Shown: positions 1-9,499 of the stretch, piece after piece
How positions within the stretch are numbered: the first letter of the stretch is position 1
Layout of the letters: every line of letters starts with the position of its first letter
Origin: Brevinema andersonii
GTDB lineage: Bacteria; Spirochaetota; DYKD01
Direction: 5' to 3'
NCBI GenBank assembly: GCA_020722765.1
Contig: DYKD01000005.1
Location: forward strand, 6,327-70,326
DNA: 64,000 nucleotides
Program-made: the position numbers and the translations under genes
Notes under the pieces: model-generated
Databases searched by the model: none
What the model saw: the letters and a program-made list of their open reading frames with translations, nothing else
What the model was told of the DNA's origin: nothing

Positions 1-280
1 AGCGCCTACAAAATCACAGGCAGATAAGGCTATGCGCGCTTATAAGGATGTCAACATGTCTGCTATGAAGCTCTTGCGTCCTGATGGTCTCTTGGTCACT
101 TTTTCCTGTTCTTCAGGAGTGTCTGCTGAGGAATTCAAGACAGTGACTGCATGGGCAGCTTCTGATGCAGGCAGGAATGTGCAGATTGTGGAAAGACTTG
201 GGCAACCTGAAGACCACCCTGTATTACTCTCTTTTCCAGAAGGCGAGTATCTCAAGGGTCTGGTCTTGCGCGTATTATAA
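1..280 (+). CDS. rlmI: C-terminal part of class I SAM-dependent 23S rRNA m5C methyltransferase (RlmI/RlmK-like); 5'-partial, frame enters from upstream (first full codon at 2)
   Basis: Open frame from window edge to stop at 278-280. Translation '...LLVTFSCSSGVSAEEFKTVTAWAASDAGRNVQIVERLGQPEDHPVLLSFPEGEYLKGLVLRVL' matches the conserved C-terminus of RlmI-type methyltransferases (FSCS...DHPV...PEG.YLKG). Confidence 0.65.
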   Translation, partial: APTKSQADKAMRAYKDVNMSAMKLLRPDGLLVTFSCSSGVSAEEFKTVTAWAASDAGRNVQIVERLGQPEDHPVLLSFPEGEYLKGLVLRVL

Positions 281-859
281 AACCTATTTCAGGAGATGAT
301 AGTTGGATAGGAATCCAATTTTGAGCAGGTTGGATGGAGTTGTCCTTCTGGATGTTTTTCATAGTCCTTTATGGAATGAAAGGGAGCGAGGAAGAGCATA
401 AGAAAGATGCTGACTGTTGTCGTAGTTGGAATATGCCTTCCTGAACTGGCAGTTTGTGTAGTAGCTGCTGTAAAGAGACAGACAGGAACAGTTTGTATTG
501 ACATCCCTGTAAGCATTTTTTTTCAGTCCGGTTTTTTTATTGATGCTTCTACGAAAACCTTTGTTAAAACAAGGGGCATGATGGTTTATGTTTATTGGAT
601 ATTTTGTATATATTTTCAGTTTGATTTTAGGAATATCAAGATACAATAATGAATTAGTTAAAGATAATATGCATTATAAGTTGATTAGGCGTGGTTATGG
701 AATTTATAACTTAAGTAAAAAATATCAAAAAATTTGCCTTTTTTGAAAAAGATTATTATTTTGGCATTGACAATTTTTATATGGCTTCAAATGACGAATG
801 GAAGATTTGCGATAAAGGCAAACCGGTACAAGAGGAAGTTTGAAAGCTAAGGAGGATCC

Positions 860-1192
860 ATGAATCTGTATGTAGGAAATCTTTCCTACGAGGCTACTGA
901 GGATGATCTGCGCCAGGCCTTCAGCGCGTTCGGAAACGTAGCTAACGTGTCCGTCATTAAGGACAAGTTCACAAACAAGTCCCGTGGTTTTGCTTTTGTC
1001 GAAATGGCTAGCGATGCCGAGGGAAATGCTGCAGTTGAAGGTATGAACGGTAAAGACGTGCGTGGTCGTCCCGTTAAAGTTAACGTGGCTCGCGAACGTA
1101 CAGAAGGCGACCGTCCTCGTGGCGGTGGTTTCCGCGGTGGCAGGAACGGCGGAGGTGGTTTCCACAGCGGTTCTCGCGACGGTGGTTACTAA
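860..1192 (+). CDS. RRM-domain RNA-binding protein with glycine/arginine-rich tail
   Basis: RNP-1/RNP-2 like motifs (LYVGNLSY, KSRGFAFVEM). RGG/Gly-rich C-terminus. Strong RBS AAGGAGG 7 nt upstream of ATG. Followed by an intrinsic terminator. Confidence 0.9.
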   Translation: MNLYVGNLSYEATEDDLRQAFSAFGNVANVSVIKDKFTNKSRGFAFVEMASDAEGNAAVEGMNGKDVRGRPVKVNVARERTEGDRPRGGGFRGGRNGGGGFHSGSRDGGY

Positions 1193-1210
1193 ATAAAACG
1201 GTAACTCAGC

Positions 1211-1243
1211 GCCCGACCGGGTTTCCCGGTCGGGTTTTTTTTT
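1211..1243 (+). terminator. Rho-independent terminator after RRM gene
   Basis: Perfect hairpin CCCGACCGGG-ttt-CCCGGTCGGG followed by a T9 run. Confidence 0.85.
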
Positions 1244-1277
1244 GTCTTGTTTATTTCTGGTTAGGGAGGTTTTTTTC

Positions 1278-2525
1278 ATGGGACTAGATATCGGTTTTAA
1301 AAAAAATGTAGCTGAGAAGAAAATCCTGAAGAAAAACGTCTATCTTTTCGGATGGACAAGTTTTTTTACGGACATGTCCAGTGAGATGATTTATCCCTTG
1401 CTCACGGCATTCCTCAATTCTCTTGTGGCTGAAACATCAAAAAGTATAGGCGCTTTTCTTGGTGTGATTGAAGGCATAGCAGAAGCCACTTCTTCTTTAG
1501 GAAAAGTCTATTTCGGTCATATTGCAGACAAGCTCAAGAATTACAAAGCGCTTACGATCATTGGTTATGCGTTTTCAGCTCTGAGTAAGATCATATTTGT
1601 ATTCTCTACAACCTGGGGACATGTGCTTGGTGGCCGGTTCTCAGACAGGGTTGGAAAGAGTGTGCGCACTGCCCCCCGTGATGCCATCATGTCAGAATCT
1701 GTTGACAAGGATGAGCGCGGAAAGATGTTTGGCATACAGCGTGCCATGGATTTCAGTGGTGCTTTCATGGGTGGTCTGATCGCTTTGCTTCTTGTCCATT
1801 TCATAGGACCTTATTTCAAGGTTGATGGATTATTGACAACGTCTTTCTTTAAGACAGCTTTCATTATCTCCCTGATTCCAGCTGCTATCGGTGTCATCAT
1901 CCTTTTCTTGATCAAAGAACCCAAAACCTTGAAGGATAAGGATGAGAAGAAATTTGTCCCTTTGACTTTCAAGGGATTAGACAAGAAACTGAGGATTTTC
2001 CTTTTTGCTACTTTTATTTTCGGATTAGGAAACAGTTCCAACCAGTTTCTTATTCTTGTATCTCAGGATATCGGTTGGACTCTCTTCTGGTCTACTGCCA
2101 TGTATCTTCTTTATAATCTCATATCGGCATCCCTATTGCCCTATTTCGGGAAACTTTCAGATAAGATAGGCAGGAAGAAAGTCATCCTGACTGGATATTT
2201 CCTTTATGCGTTAGTCTATATCGGATTTGGTGTGTTCAAGATTCTGGATTTCAAATATGCCTTCATCGCATTATGGGCGTTCTATGGCGTCTATTCGGCA
2301 ATGACTGAAGGTGTTGAAAAGGCTTATGTTGCAGATCTTTCACCTATTGACAAGCGTGGTACTACGTTAGGCCTTTTTGCTACAATTAACGGGATCGCTC
2401 TTCTCCCTGCAAGTATCGGTGCGGGGCTTCTCTATGTCTTGAATCCTGCATTCCCTTTTCTTGTCGGAGGAGTTTTGAGTCTTGTCGCTTCTTTCATGAT
2501 TTTCATAAACAAGGAAAAGGCATAA
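1278..2525 (+). CDS. MFS-family transporter
   Basis: About 12 predicted hydrophobic segments. MFS-like motif 'GGRFSDRVGKS' (G-x-x-x-D-R-x-G-R/K) between TM2/3. Start chosen at ATG 1278 with RBS AGGGAGG at spacing 7; the track start at 1242 lies inside the upstream terminator. Confidence 0.75.
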   Translation: MGLDIGFKKNVAEKKILKKNVYLFGWTSFFTDMSSEMIYPLLTAFLNSLVAETSKSIGAFLGVIEGIAEATSSLGKVYFGHIADKLKNYKALTIIGYAFSALSKIIFVFSTTWGHVLGGRFSDRVGKSVRTAPRDAIMSESVDKDERGKMFGIQRAMDFSGAFMGGLIALLLVHFIGPYFKVDGLLTTSFFKTAFIISLIPAAIGVIILFLIKEPKTLKDKDEKKFVPLTFKGLDKKLRIFLFATFIFGLGNSSNQFLILVSQDIGWTLFWSTAMYLLYNLISASLLPYFGKLSDKIGRKKVILTGYFLYALVYIGFGVFKILDFKYAFIALWAFYGVYSAMTEGVEKAYVADLSPIDKRGTTLGLFATINGIALLPASIGAGLLYVLNPAFPFLVGGVLSLVASFMIFINKEKA

Positions 2526-2540
2526 GGAGATTATTTTAAG

Positions 2541-4244
2541 ATGGATCCAGCTACGTCCTTCATAGCCAACCTTCCAAAAAACACTCTCAAGATGATGCAG
2601 AGCCTGCAGGAAATATTTTTAGGCAATGAGAATGAACTGACAGATTCTGACAACCTTCTGAAAAGTATCCTTGACAGTGCCACTGAATATGCGATTGTTG
2701 CGGTGGACCTCCAGAAAAACATCATCACATGGAACTCCGGGGCAAAAAAAATCTTCGGTTATGAAAAGGAAGAAGTGATCGGGAAAAGGAAACTCTCTTT
2801 CCTGATTCCTGAGGAGGAGAAAAAATCCTCAACTGACAAGGAGAACATCCGTAAACAGATAGAGAAGGGTGTCTGGAAAGGTGAAACCATAAGGAAACGG
2901 AAGAATGGAAAGACGTTTTATGCCAGCATCATAGTCTCACCTTTAAAAAGTCGGAACAAAGTGATTATTGGATCAATAGCGATTATCCGTGATGTAACAA
3001 ATGAAAAGCTCTTGTATAGGGAAATTGAAGCGGCAAAAGTATTGAACGATAGCATTTTTGACTCTATCCCTTCAGGAATTGTCGTGCTGAAGCCTGATGG
3101 TGCAACTATAACAACGAATCTTGCATTCTTGGAATTTACAGGGAACCAAAATAAGCAGGTAAAAGGGAAACATCTTTGTGAGCTGTTGAACTGTGCAGAT
3201 GCACCCAATGCCTGTGATACCTCCTGTTTTCTTCCTTCCGCATTGAAACGGCTTTTATCGACTCCGAATAGATCCTTGGACATTGAAAGGGAATTCAACA
3301 TGAAAATCGGACAGAAAAGGATCCGCAGGTTTTTTCTGATAAAGATCATCAGGATGAAAGTAAGTGATGAAGAGACTCTCCTTGTCATCTTCAATGATTT
3401 TACAGAGAAGCGGCTCCTAGAACAGAAAATCCAGGGATATATGGACAACTTGAGAGCCAAGGTTGATGAGCGGACGCGTGAGATACAGAAGTCCAATAGG
3501 ATGTTCATGGAAGAGCTTGAAGTCGCGAAATTGATGCAGAAGGCCCTTCTTAAAAACCATATCAATGAGATTCCAAATTACAAATATCTTTATAAGTTCT
3601 ATCCCTCAAAACTCATTGGTGGAGATTTTTTCAATATACACAGAATCCGTGACGATTACTATTATTTCTATATTTCTGACGTCTCAGGTCATGGTGTTCC
3701 TGCAGCGATGTTGACAACCTTTTTTCATCAGGTCATCCGTGCCATGATCATCAATACGAACAGCCTTTCACCTGCACACATACTTACCCAGACGAACAAG
3801 GCGTTTGTCAAAGAAAATTTTCCAGGATCGCCTTTCGTCACTACATTTTTTTGTGTGTTGGATATCAAGACAAACAGGCTTACTTACTCTGTTGCAGGAC
3901 ATCACAATGCCATTCTTTTTAACAAGCAAGACAGGATTGTCCGTCCTTTCGGATATTTCAGCAAGCCTATTGGACTTTTGGAGGACTATGCTTTCCGTGA
4001 GGAAGTCATTGATATCAATGTCAATGACAATATTTTCCTGTTTACAGACGGGATACTTGAAGTGCTGGACATAGATAGCGGGAAAAGCTTCGGTTTCCAG
4101 CAACTGATGGATTTTGTCAAGATGCACATTGATAAGTCCGAATCTACAATTATAAAAGCCTTGATTGAATCACTGAAAAAGAGACAGGGGAGCCCACAGT
4201 TCAATGATGATGTCGCTATTCTGGATATAAAACGTGAAATTTAG
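2541..4244 (+). CDS. PAS-domain sensor fused to PP2C-type serine phosphatase (SpoIIE/RsbU family)
   Basis: N-terminal PAS/PAC-like region ('IVAVDLQKNIITWNSGAKKIFGYEKEEVIGK'), coiled coil, and C-terminal 'DVSGHGVPAAMLT'/'FTDG' motifs typical of SpoIIE/RsbU phosphatases. Confidence 0.8.
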   Translation: MDPATSFIANLPKNTLKMMQSLQEIFLGNENELTDSDNLLKSILDSATEYAIVAVDLQKNIITWNSGAKKIFGYEKEEVIGKRKLSFLIPEEEKKSSTDKENIRKQIEKGVWKGETIRKRKNGKTFYASIIVSPLKSRNKVIIGSIAIIRDVTNEKLLYREIEAAKVLNDSIFDSIPSGIVVLKPDGATITTNLAFLEFTGNQNKQVKGKHLCELLNCADAPNACDTSCFLPSALKRLLSTPNRSLDIEREFNMKIGQKRIRRFFLIKIIRMKVSDEETLLVIFNDFTEKRLLEQKIQGYMDNLRAKVDERTREIQKSNRMFMEELEVAKLMQKALLKNHINEIPNYKYLYKFYPSKLIGGDFFNIHRIRDDYYYFYISDVSGHGVPAAMLTTFFHQVIRAMIINTNSLSPAHILTQTNKAFVKENFPGSPFVTTFFCVLDIKTNRLTYSVAGHHNAILFNKQDRIVRPFGYFSKPIGLLEDYAFREEVIDINVNDNIFLFTDGILEVLDIDSGKSFGFQQLMDFVKMHIDKSESTIIKALIESLKKRQGSPQFNDDVAILDIKREI

Positions 4245-4403
4245 TCGTTTCACTCCTGTTCAGAAAGAAGAAGAATCAATCCATGAAGTGCTTATAACCT
4301 GTATCTGTGATGACTGTAACTAAAGATGGAACAAGACGGTGATGCCAAGACTCTAAAAAAGCCATGTGGTAGCAGGGATGTACACCTGAATAAAAGCTGA
4401 TTC

Positions 4404-5282
4404 TTAGATTACTTTCTGGTCAATGAGCTGTACGAATATATTGACAAGCTTTTCATCGAACTGTGTGTTTCTGTTATCTAAAAGTGTTTGTTTCGCAGTC
4501 TCTCTGTCGCGTGGCATTCTGTAGGGGCGTTTCGAAGTGATAGCGTCATAGGCTTCTGCTATGAAGAGTATCCTTGCAGTGATGGGAATCATTTCACCCT
4601 TGAGCCCTCTTGGATAACCGGATCCATCCCAGCGTTCATGATGGCAGAGTATGTCTGGAATGACATCCTTGAAAATCTCTATCCCTTTCAAGTATTCAGT
4701 TCCCAACAGCGAATGTTTTTTTACTTCCAGCATTTCCTTTGGGGAAAGGATTGTGGCCTTATGGACAATATCCATAGGGATGTTGATCATTCCGAGGTCG
4801 TGGAACATGCCACTGTAAGCGAGGTTTCCAATCAGATGTTGGTCCAAACCTGCCGCTTTTCCCAGAATCATGGCCAAACGTGCAACACGTGCGGAATGCC
4901 CCTGCATATAAACATCGCGTGATTCCAGGATTTTTACAAAGGAGACTATGAACTTGATGAAAGTCTCCTGCGAAGCCTTTAGTTTTGCTACAAGCTCTTT
5001 TTTCTTGTTCTCGGTTTCAGCCAGGAACTTGAGAGTCTGCATGTGGGCTTCTTCCAAAGACTGTATCTGTTCATAGTTGTTGAGGATGTCACGGTAATAA
5101 GTGCCAACAATCGCATCCTGTGGTTTCCCAAGGAGATTGGTGAAAGTGCTGTTGACATAAGCTATGATACCTTCTTCATCAACGGCAAGAACGCCTTCTT
5201 TGGCGTTGTTTAGGAACTGTTCAACTTTCTTTATGGATTCAACATCCTTCATGCTCTGTTCAGGAAGAATCGAGTTTTCCAT
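4404..5282 (-). CDS. PAS + HD-GYP domain protein (putative c-di-GMP phosphodiesterase)
   Basis: 'HSARVARLA' HD motif and 'HHERWDGSGYP' HD-GYP signature. Start set at internal ATG (MENSILPEQ) preceded by GAGG at spacing 6; the 40 codons further upstream in the track ORF look non-coding (AT-rich). Confidence 0.75.
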   Translation of the reverse strand: MENSILPEQSMKDVESIKKVEQFLNNAKEGVLAVDEEGIIAYVNSTFTNLLGKPQDAIVGTYYRDILNNYEQIQSLEEAHMQTLKFLAETENKKKELVAKLKASQETFIKFIVSFVKILESRDVYMQGHSARVARLAMILGKAAGLDQHLIGNLAYSGMFHDLGMINIPMDIVHKATILSPKEMLEVKKHSLLGTEYLKGIEIFKDVIPDILCHHERWDGSGYPRGLKGEMIPITARILFIAEAYDAITSKRPYRMPRDRETAKQTLLDNRNTQFDEKLVNIFVQLIDQKVI

Positions 5283-5422
5283 GGGAACCTCAAAGGTATT
5301 AATCTTAATTATTTTATATATTACTGCTTTTTTCAGTCTTTTCCCAAAAAAAGTGAATTTAATATTTTGAAAAAACAGGGCTTCTTTCTTATATTTCAGA
5401 ACCAAAACAGCAGGAAAATAAA

Positions 5423-7090
5423 ATGCATATCATAAAGAATGAACTTGAAAAAAGCCTTCAGAAAACACTGTCTGGTCTGTATGGTTCTGAGCTTGGGGGA
5501 AAGGCCGTGTTGGCACCTTCGAAAAAGCCGGAATTCGGGGAATACACGACCAATTGTGCCATGGTGCTTGCCAAAGTGCTTAAGAGGAATCCGTTGGAAA
5601 TCGCAGGAGAGATTGCATCAAAAGATATCCATAAGGGTATAGAAAAGATGGAAGCTGTCGCTCCGGGATTTATAAATATCCGCATTTCCCAGGCTTTTTA
5701 TTCACAATATCTTGGAATGGTCATGGACGGATCCTATTTTGCAACAGACCAACCAACTGAAAAAGTGATGCTTGAATTTGTGAGTGCGAATCCTACTGGT
5801 CCTCTGAATGCTGTCAGTGCGAGGGCTGCTGCAGTAGGTGATGCACTGGCACGACTCTTGAAATATACGGGACATGATGTTTTCACTGAATTTTATGTGA
5901 ATGACGCTGGAAACCAGGTGCGCTTGCTGGGGGAATCCCTTCTTTATCGGTACAGGCAGTTGAAAGGGGAAGACTCTCCTTTAAAAGAAGAGCATTACCA
6001 AGGTGAATATCTGATTGACATGGCAAAGGGAATTGCTTTTGTTGAATCGGAATTTTCTGGTTTAAAAGGGGATGATCTGGTTTCTTTCTTTAGCAGGTAT
6101 GCGATTGATTATCTTCTCTCCACACAGAAAAAAGACCTGGAAGTTTTCCGTACCCGTTTTGACCAATGGTTTCTTGAATCCACATTACATTCTGGAAACA
6201 GGCTTTCTGAATCCTTGGAAGTTTTGAAAAAGAATGGACATGTGTTTGAAAGTGAAGGCAAGCAGTGGTTCAAATCCACATCTTTTGGGGATGAGAAAGA
6301 CAGGGTTCTTGTCCGTGAAGATGGGACTCCGACTTATTTCCTTGCTGACATTGCCTATCACCATTCCAAGATCTTGCGTGGCTTTAACCGAATCTATGAT
6401 TTTTGGGGACCGGACCATCATGGTTATATTCCCAGGATGAAAGGAGCCATGCAGGCACTAGGATTCGATCCGAAATCTTTTGAAGTTTTTATTGTACAAC
6501 AGGTAAACCTTCTTGATAAAGGCGAGAAAGTCAAGATGTCAAAGCGTCAAGGAAAGATTATCCTGATGCGTGATATTGTCGCTGAAGCAGGTGTTGACGT
6601 GACAAGGTATTTCATGCTCATGCGTAATACGAGTTCCCATCTTGATTTTGACATGGAACTGGCAGTCAAACAGTCCAATGAGAATCCTGTCTATTATATC
6701 CAGTATGTGCATGCTCGGATTTGCAGCATATTCAGGCAGTCAAAAGAGAAGAATATTCCGCTTTTAACGAATACAAAGGCATTGGAAAAATACAGCTTGA
6801 ACGCAACTGAAAAAGAAATTGTGAAACAAGTCTTGATTTTCAATGAAATGGCTATGGAAGCTGCAAAGCAAATGGAACCGAACATCATGTCCCAGTATCT
6901 CTCCAATTTAGCCGCCATGTTCCATAAATTTTATAACGAATATTCGGTTTTGAATGAACCTGATCAGGATGCCAGAAATGCGAGAGCTCTTCTCATTGCT
7001 GCTGTCCGTGAAGGAATCAGAAGAGGACTTGATCTCCTGGGAATCAGCGCTCCAGAAAGCATGTCAAGGAATGAAGAGAATGAGGGTTGA
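5423..7090 (+). CDS. argS: arginine--tRNA ligase (ArgRS), with non-canonical HIGH motif
   Basis: Full-length similarity pattern to bacterial ArgRS (FVSANPTGPL..., YVNDAGNQ, GPDHHGYI, KMSKRQGK). The class I HIGH position reads N-A-V-S (5807-5818). Confidence 0.85.
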   Translation: MHIIKNELEKSLQKTLSGLYGSELGGKAVLAPSKKPEFGEYTTNCAMVLAKVLKRNPLEIAGEIASKDIHKGIEKMEAVAPGFINIRISQAFYSQYLGMVMDGSYFATDQPTEKVMLEFVSANPTGPLNAVSARAAAVGDALARLLKYTGHDVFTEFYVNDAGNQVRLLGESLLYRYRQLKGEDSPLKEEHYQGEYLIDMAKGIAFVESEFSGLKGDDLVSFFSRYAIDYLLSTQKKDLEVFRTRFDQWFLESTLHSGNRLSESLEVLKKNGHVFESEGKQWFKSTSFGDEKDRVLVREDGTPTYFLADIAYHHSKILRGFNRIYDFWGPDHHGYIPRMKGAMQALGFDPKSFEVFIVQQVNLLDKGEKVKMSKRQGKIILMRDIVAEAGVDVTRYFMLMRNTSSHLDFDMELAVKQSNENPVYYIQYVHARICSIFRQSKEKNIPLLTNTKALEKYSLNATEKEIVKQVLIFNEMAMEAAKQMEPNIMSQYLSNLAAMFHKFYNEYSVLNEPDQDARNARALLIAAVREGIRRGLDLLGISAPESMSRNEENEG

Positions 7091-8417
7091 ACATCCTAAG
7101 ATACATTCTGTAAAGGAGCTTACACTCCTTATCAAACGTGATTTGGAAAATGCTTTTTCCAGGCTTTGGGTCATGGGAGAAATCACTAACTTCAAGAAAA
7201 GCCCAACAGGACATTTCTATTTTGATCTGAAAGACGAAGTGGCACAGATTTCTGTAGCTTTGTTCAAAGGGATGGCTCTCAAAATGAACCTGGCAGGAAT
7301 CCTCGGCCTTGCCTCGCTTTCCCAGTTGGATGATTTCAGGACTGTACAGGCCAAAGTGAATGGCAAAAAGGTAAAAGTATTTGGATCCATCAGTGTATAT
7401 GAGAAATCAGGGCGTTACAATCTAATCGCTGAAATCGTTGAGATGGAAGGTCTTGGTTCCCTGCAACAGCAGTTTGAAGAACTGAAGAAGAAGCTTCACT
7501 CAAAAGGATATTTTGAACACTCAAGAAAGCGTACGCTCCCGGAATATCCTTCCAGCATTGGTATCGTGACATCTCCCACAGGCGCAGCCATCAGGGACAT
7601 GCTCAATATTCTGAAAAGGCGTTGGCCGGACATCCATGTCATTCTTTATCCTTCCCTGGTCCAAGGAAAAGAGGCCGCTGCGGATCTTGTCCAAGGAATC
7701 AGGATTTTCAATCATTATAGGAATGTTGATCTCATCATCATAGGTCGAGGGGGCGGGTCGATTGAAGACCTTTGGGCATTCAATGAGGAGATTGTCGCTG
7801 ATGCCATATATGAATCTTCTCTGCCTGTCGTATCTGCTGTAGGTCATGAGGTCGATTTTACAATCGCGGATTTCACAGCAGACCTGCGTGCTCCAACACC
7901 TTCAGCAGCAGCGGAACTGGTAGTGAAGGTGAAATCCGATGTTCTTGAAAGAATCCATCAGTATGGACAGGATATGGAAGAAGTATTGAAATCTGAAGTC
8001 TCATACTTGCGTGAAAAGCTGGTGCCCTATTCGGATTCTCATCTCAAGAAAAGCCTTTTACATGCGATGTCCCTTTTTAAGGAACGTATCAAAGCCTGTT
8101 CAGAACGCAAGATGGCCAAAGCCCTGGTCCATCTGACTGCCCAGTATGATTTGAAGCTTGGGCATGTTTCTGAGAAGCTGTTGGCAGTCATGCAGAAGAT
8201 CCGAATCGCATGGGAAAACAGTTTCCAAAAAATCTCAGACAAGTTGAATCTTCTTGATCCTTTGGATATATTAAAGCGTGGTTATAGTGTGACGTATGAG
8301 GTCGGTTCCGGTCGGATTATCCGTGATGGCGCGGATATCAGTGAAGGAGGGCTTCTCCGCACAGTGTTACATAAAGGCGAGCTTATTTCAAGAGTGGAAA
8401 GAGGTGCTGAAAAATGA
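7071..8417 (+). CDS. xseA: exodeoxyribonuclease VII large subunit
   Basis: OB-fold N-terminus (LWVMGEITNFKKSPTGHFYFDLKD), catalytic core 'IGIVTSPTGAAIRD...IIGRGGGSIEDLWAFNEE', long coiled-coil C-terminus. Start ATG 7071 overlaps argS 3' end by 20 nt; the track ORF extends further upstream in frame only because no stop intervenes. Confidence 0.85.
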   Translation: MKRMRVEHPKIHSVKELTLLIKRDLENAFSRLWVMGEITNFKKSPTGHFYFDLKDEVAQISVALFKGMALKMNLAGILGLASLSQLDDFRTVQAKVNGKKVKVFGSISVYEKSGRYNLIAEIVEMEGLGSLQQQFEELKKKLHSKGYFEHSRKRTLPEYPSSIGIVTSPTGAAIRDMLNILKRRWPDIHVILYPSLVQGKEAAADLVQGIRIFNHYRNVDLIIIGRGGGSIEDLWAFNEEIVADAIYESSLPVVSAVGHEVDFTIADFTADLRAPTPSAAAELVVKVKSDVLERIHQYGQDMEEVLKSEVSYLREKLVPYSDSHLKKSLLHAMSLFKERIKACSERKMAKALVHLTAQYDLKLGHVSEKLLAVMQKIRIAWENSFQKISDKLNLLDPLDILKRGYSVTYEVGSGRIIRDGADISEGGLLRTVLHKGELISRVERGAEK

Positions 8418-9499
8418 TAGTTCCATCATACCAGATTGCAGATTTATGGAATAAGCATAAGATCCAAGGGATAGATCTTGTTGTTGATCTTACGCCTGAA
8501 GGACTTGATTCCCATGAGATGTATCACAAGTCAATGACCAAAGAGACTTATGAGAACCTGATTTCAGGTCATACAGGTGTTTTCAATTTTGTCTATAATC
8601 CTGTACTTAAGGATTTCCTCCTCAAGAATTTTTCTGAATATTACCAACCTGCGTATCATGAACGTATCTCCATGCTCAAGATGCTCATCAGACAGTATGA
8701 AATGACGAATGAGTTTTCCAAAGGTAAAAAGACAGTCTATAAGAAACGTTTTGTAAAGAGTCTGGAAACGATCAAGGATGTTGATGGGAAAAGGATACTC
8801 GTGGAGTTCAATCAGGAAGTGGATCTCAAGGATCTGGATGTCATCCGTGTAAAATTCAACGAGGAATATACTCTCAAATATACGACGTCAGAAAAAGGGA
8901 TACTGCTGATTTATGATACGAAAGGATATGTGAAGAATCCGCAGCTTACAAAATTGCAGTTCCAGGTCAGAAAGATTTTCCATGATATAACATACAAGCG
9001 TGTCCAGTCTGCTGATGTCACCCGGGGATTTACAAGCTACTTTAAGACATTCGAGGGGAATAATCCGAAGGTTGTTGTATTCTGTGGAAGGACAGAAAAG
9101 AACGAGTATCTCTCAAAACAGATCAGGGCTTTTGATCCTTTTGTGAAAATCATCTGGGTAGAAGTGGAAGATCTCAATAAGAATGCGGACGATATTTTTG
9201 ACAAGATACTTCCAAAGCTTGGTTCTGATTATGCCTATGAGACATTGGTCTATGACCAGGAAGACAAGACAAAAGAGAATATGCCTCAGGGAGAAATCAA
9301 GGATTTGAAGGAACGAATAAATATATTGTCCCGTGATTTCACAATCAAGGAATATATAGAGATTGAGAACCATCTTATTGACAAGATGAGGAAGTTCGTT
9401 GTAAGAAACCAGTTCGCACATCTCAACAACATCTTGGATGCTTTGAAGATTTCCAAGGATATCATATTTAACAAGTTGCTGGACGGGTATCTTGACTAA
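8414..9499 (+). CDS. hypothetical protein (Lys-rich, cytoplasmic, no recognisable domain)
   Basis: 361-aa ORF. Start ATG overlaps xseA stop (ATGA) and its stop overlaps ribD start, implying translational coupling in one operon. No motif recognised by eye. Confidence 0.6.
   Translation: MIVPSYQIADLWNKHKIQGIDLVVDLTPEGLDSHEMYHKSMTKETYENLISGHTGVFNFVYNPVLKDFLLKNFSEYYQPAYHERISMLKMLIRQYEMTNEFSKGKKTVYKKRFVKSLETIKDVDGKRILVEFNQEVDLKDLDVIRVKFNEEYTLKYTTSEKGILLIYDTKGYVKNPQLTKLQFQVRKIFHDITYKRVQSADVTRGFTSYFKTFEGNNPKVVVFCGRTEKNEYLSKQIRAFDPFVKIIWVEVEDLNKNADDIFDKILPKLGSDYAYETLVYDQEDKTKENMPQGEIKDLKERINILSRDFTIKEYIEIENHLIDKMRKFVVRNQFAHLNNILDALKISKDIIFNKLLDGYLD

Noticed and set aside
289-649. Three overlapping 75-95-aa ORFs in the rlmI-RRM intergenic region
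   Set aside because: No RBS. Odd composition (Thr/Cys-rich). They mutually overlap on both strands. Treated as a non-coding leader instead.
767-795. TTGACA at 767-772 as a -35 for the RRM gene
   Set aside because: The sequence at the 17-nt spacing (AATGAC) is a poor -10. Cannot be supported without TSS data.
1242-1277. Track start of the MFS ORF at 1242
   Set aside because: These codons lie within the terminator hairpin and T-run of the upstream gene. ATG 1278 with a properly spaced AGGGAGG is the credible start.
6954-7070. Track start of xseA at 6954 (117-nt overlap with argS)
   Set aside because: The extension is simply the argS 3' region read in another frame. ATG 7071/7080 gives a normal XseA N-terminus.
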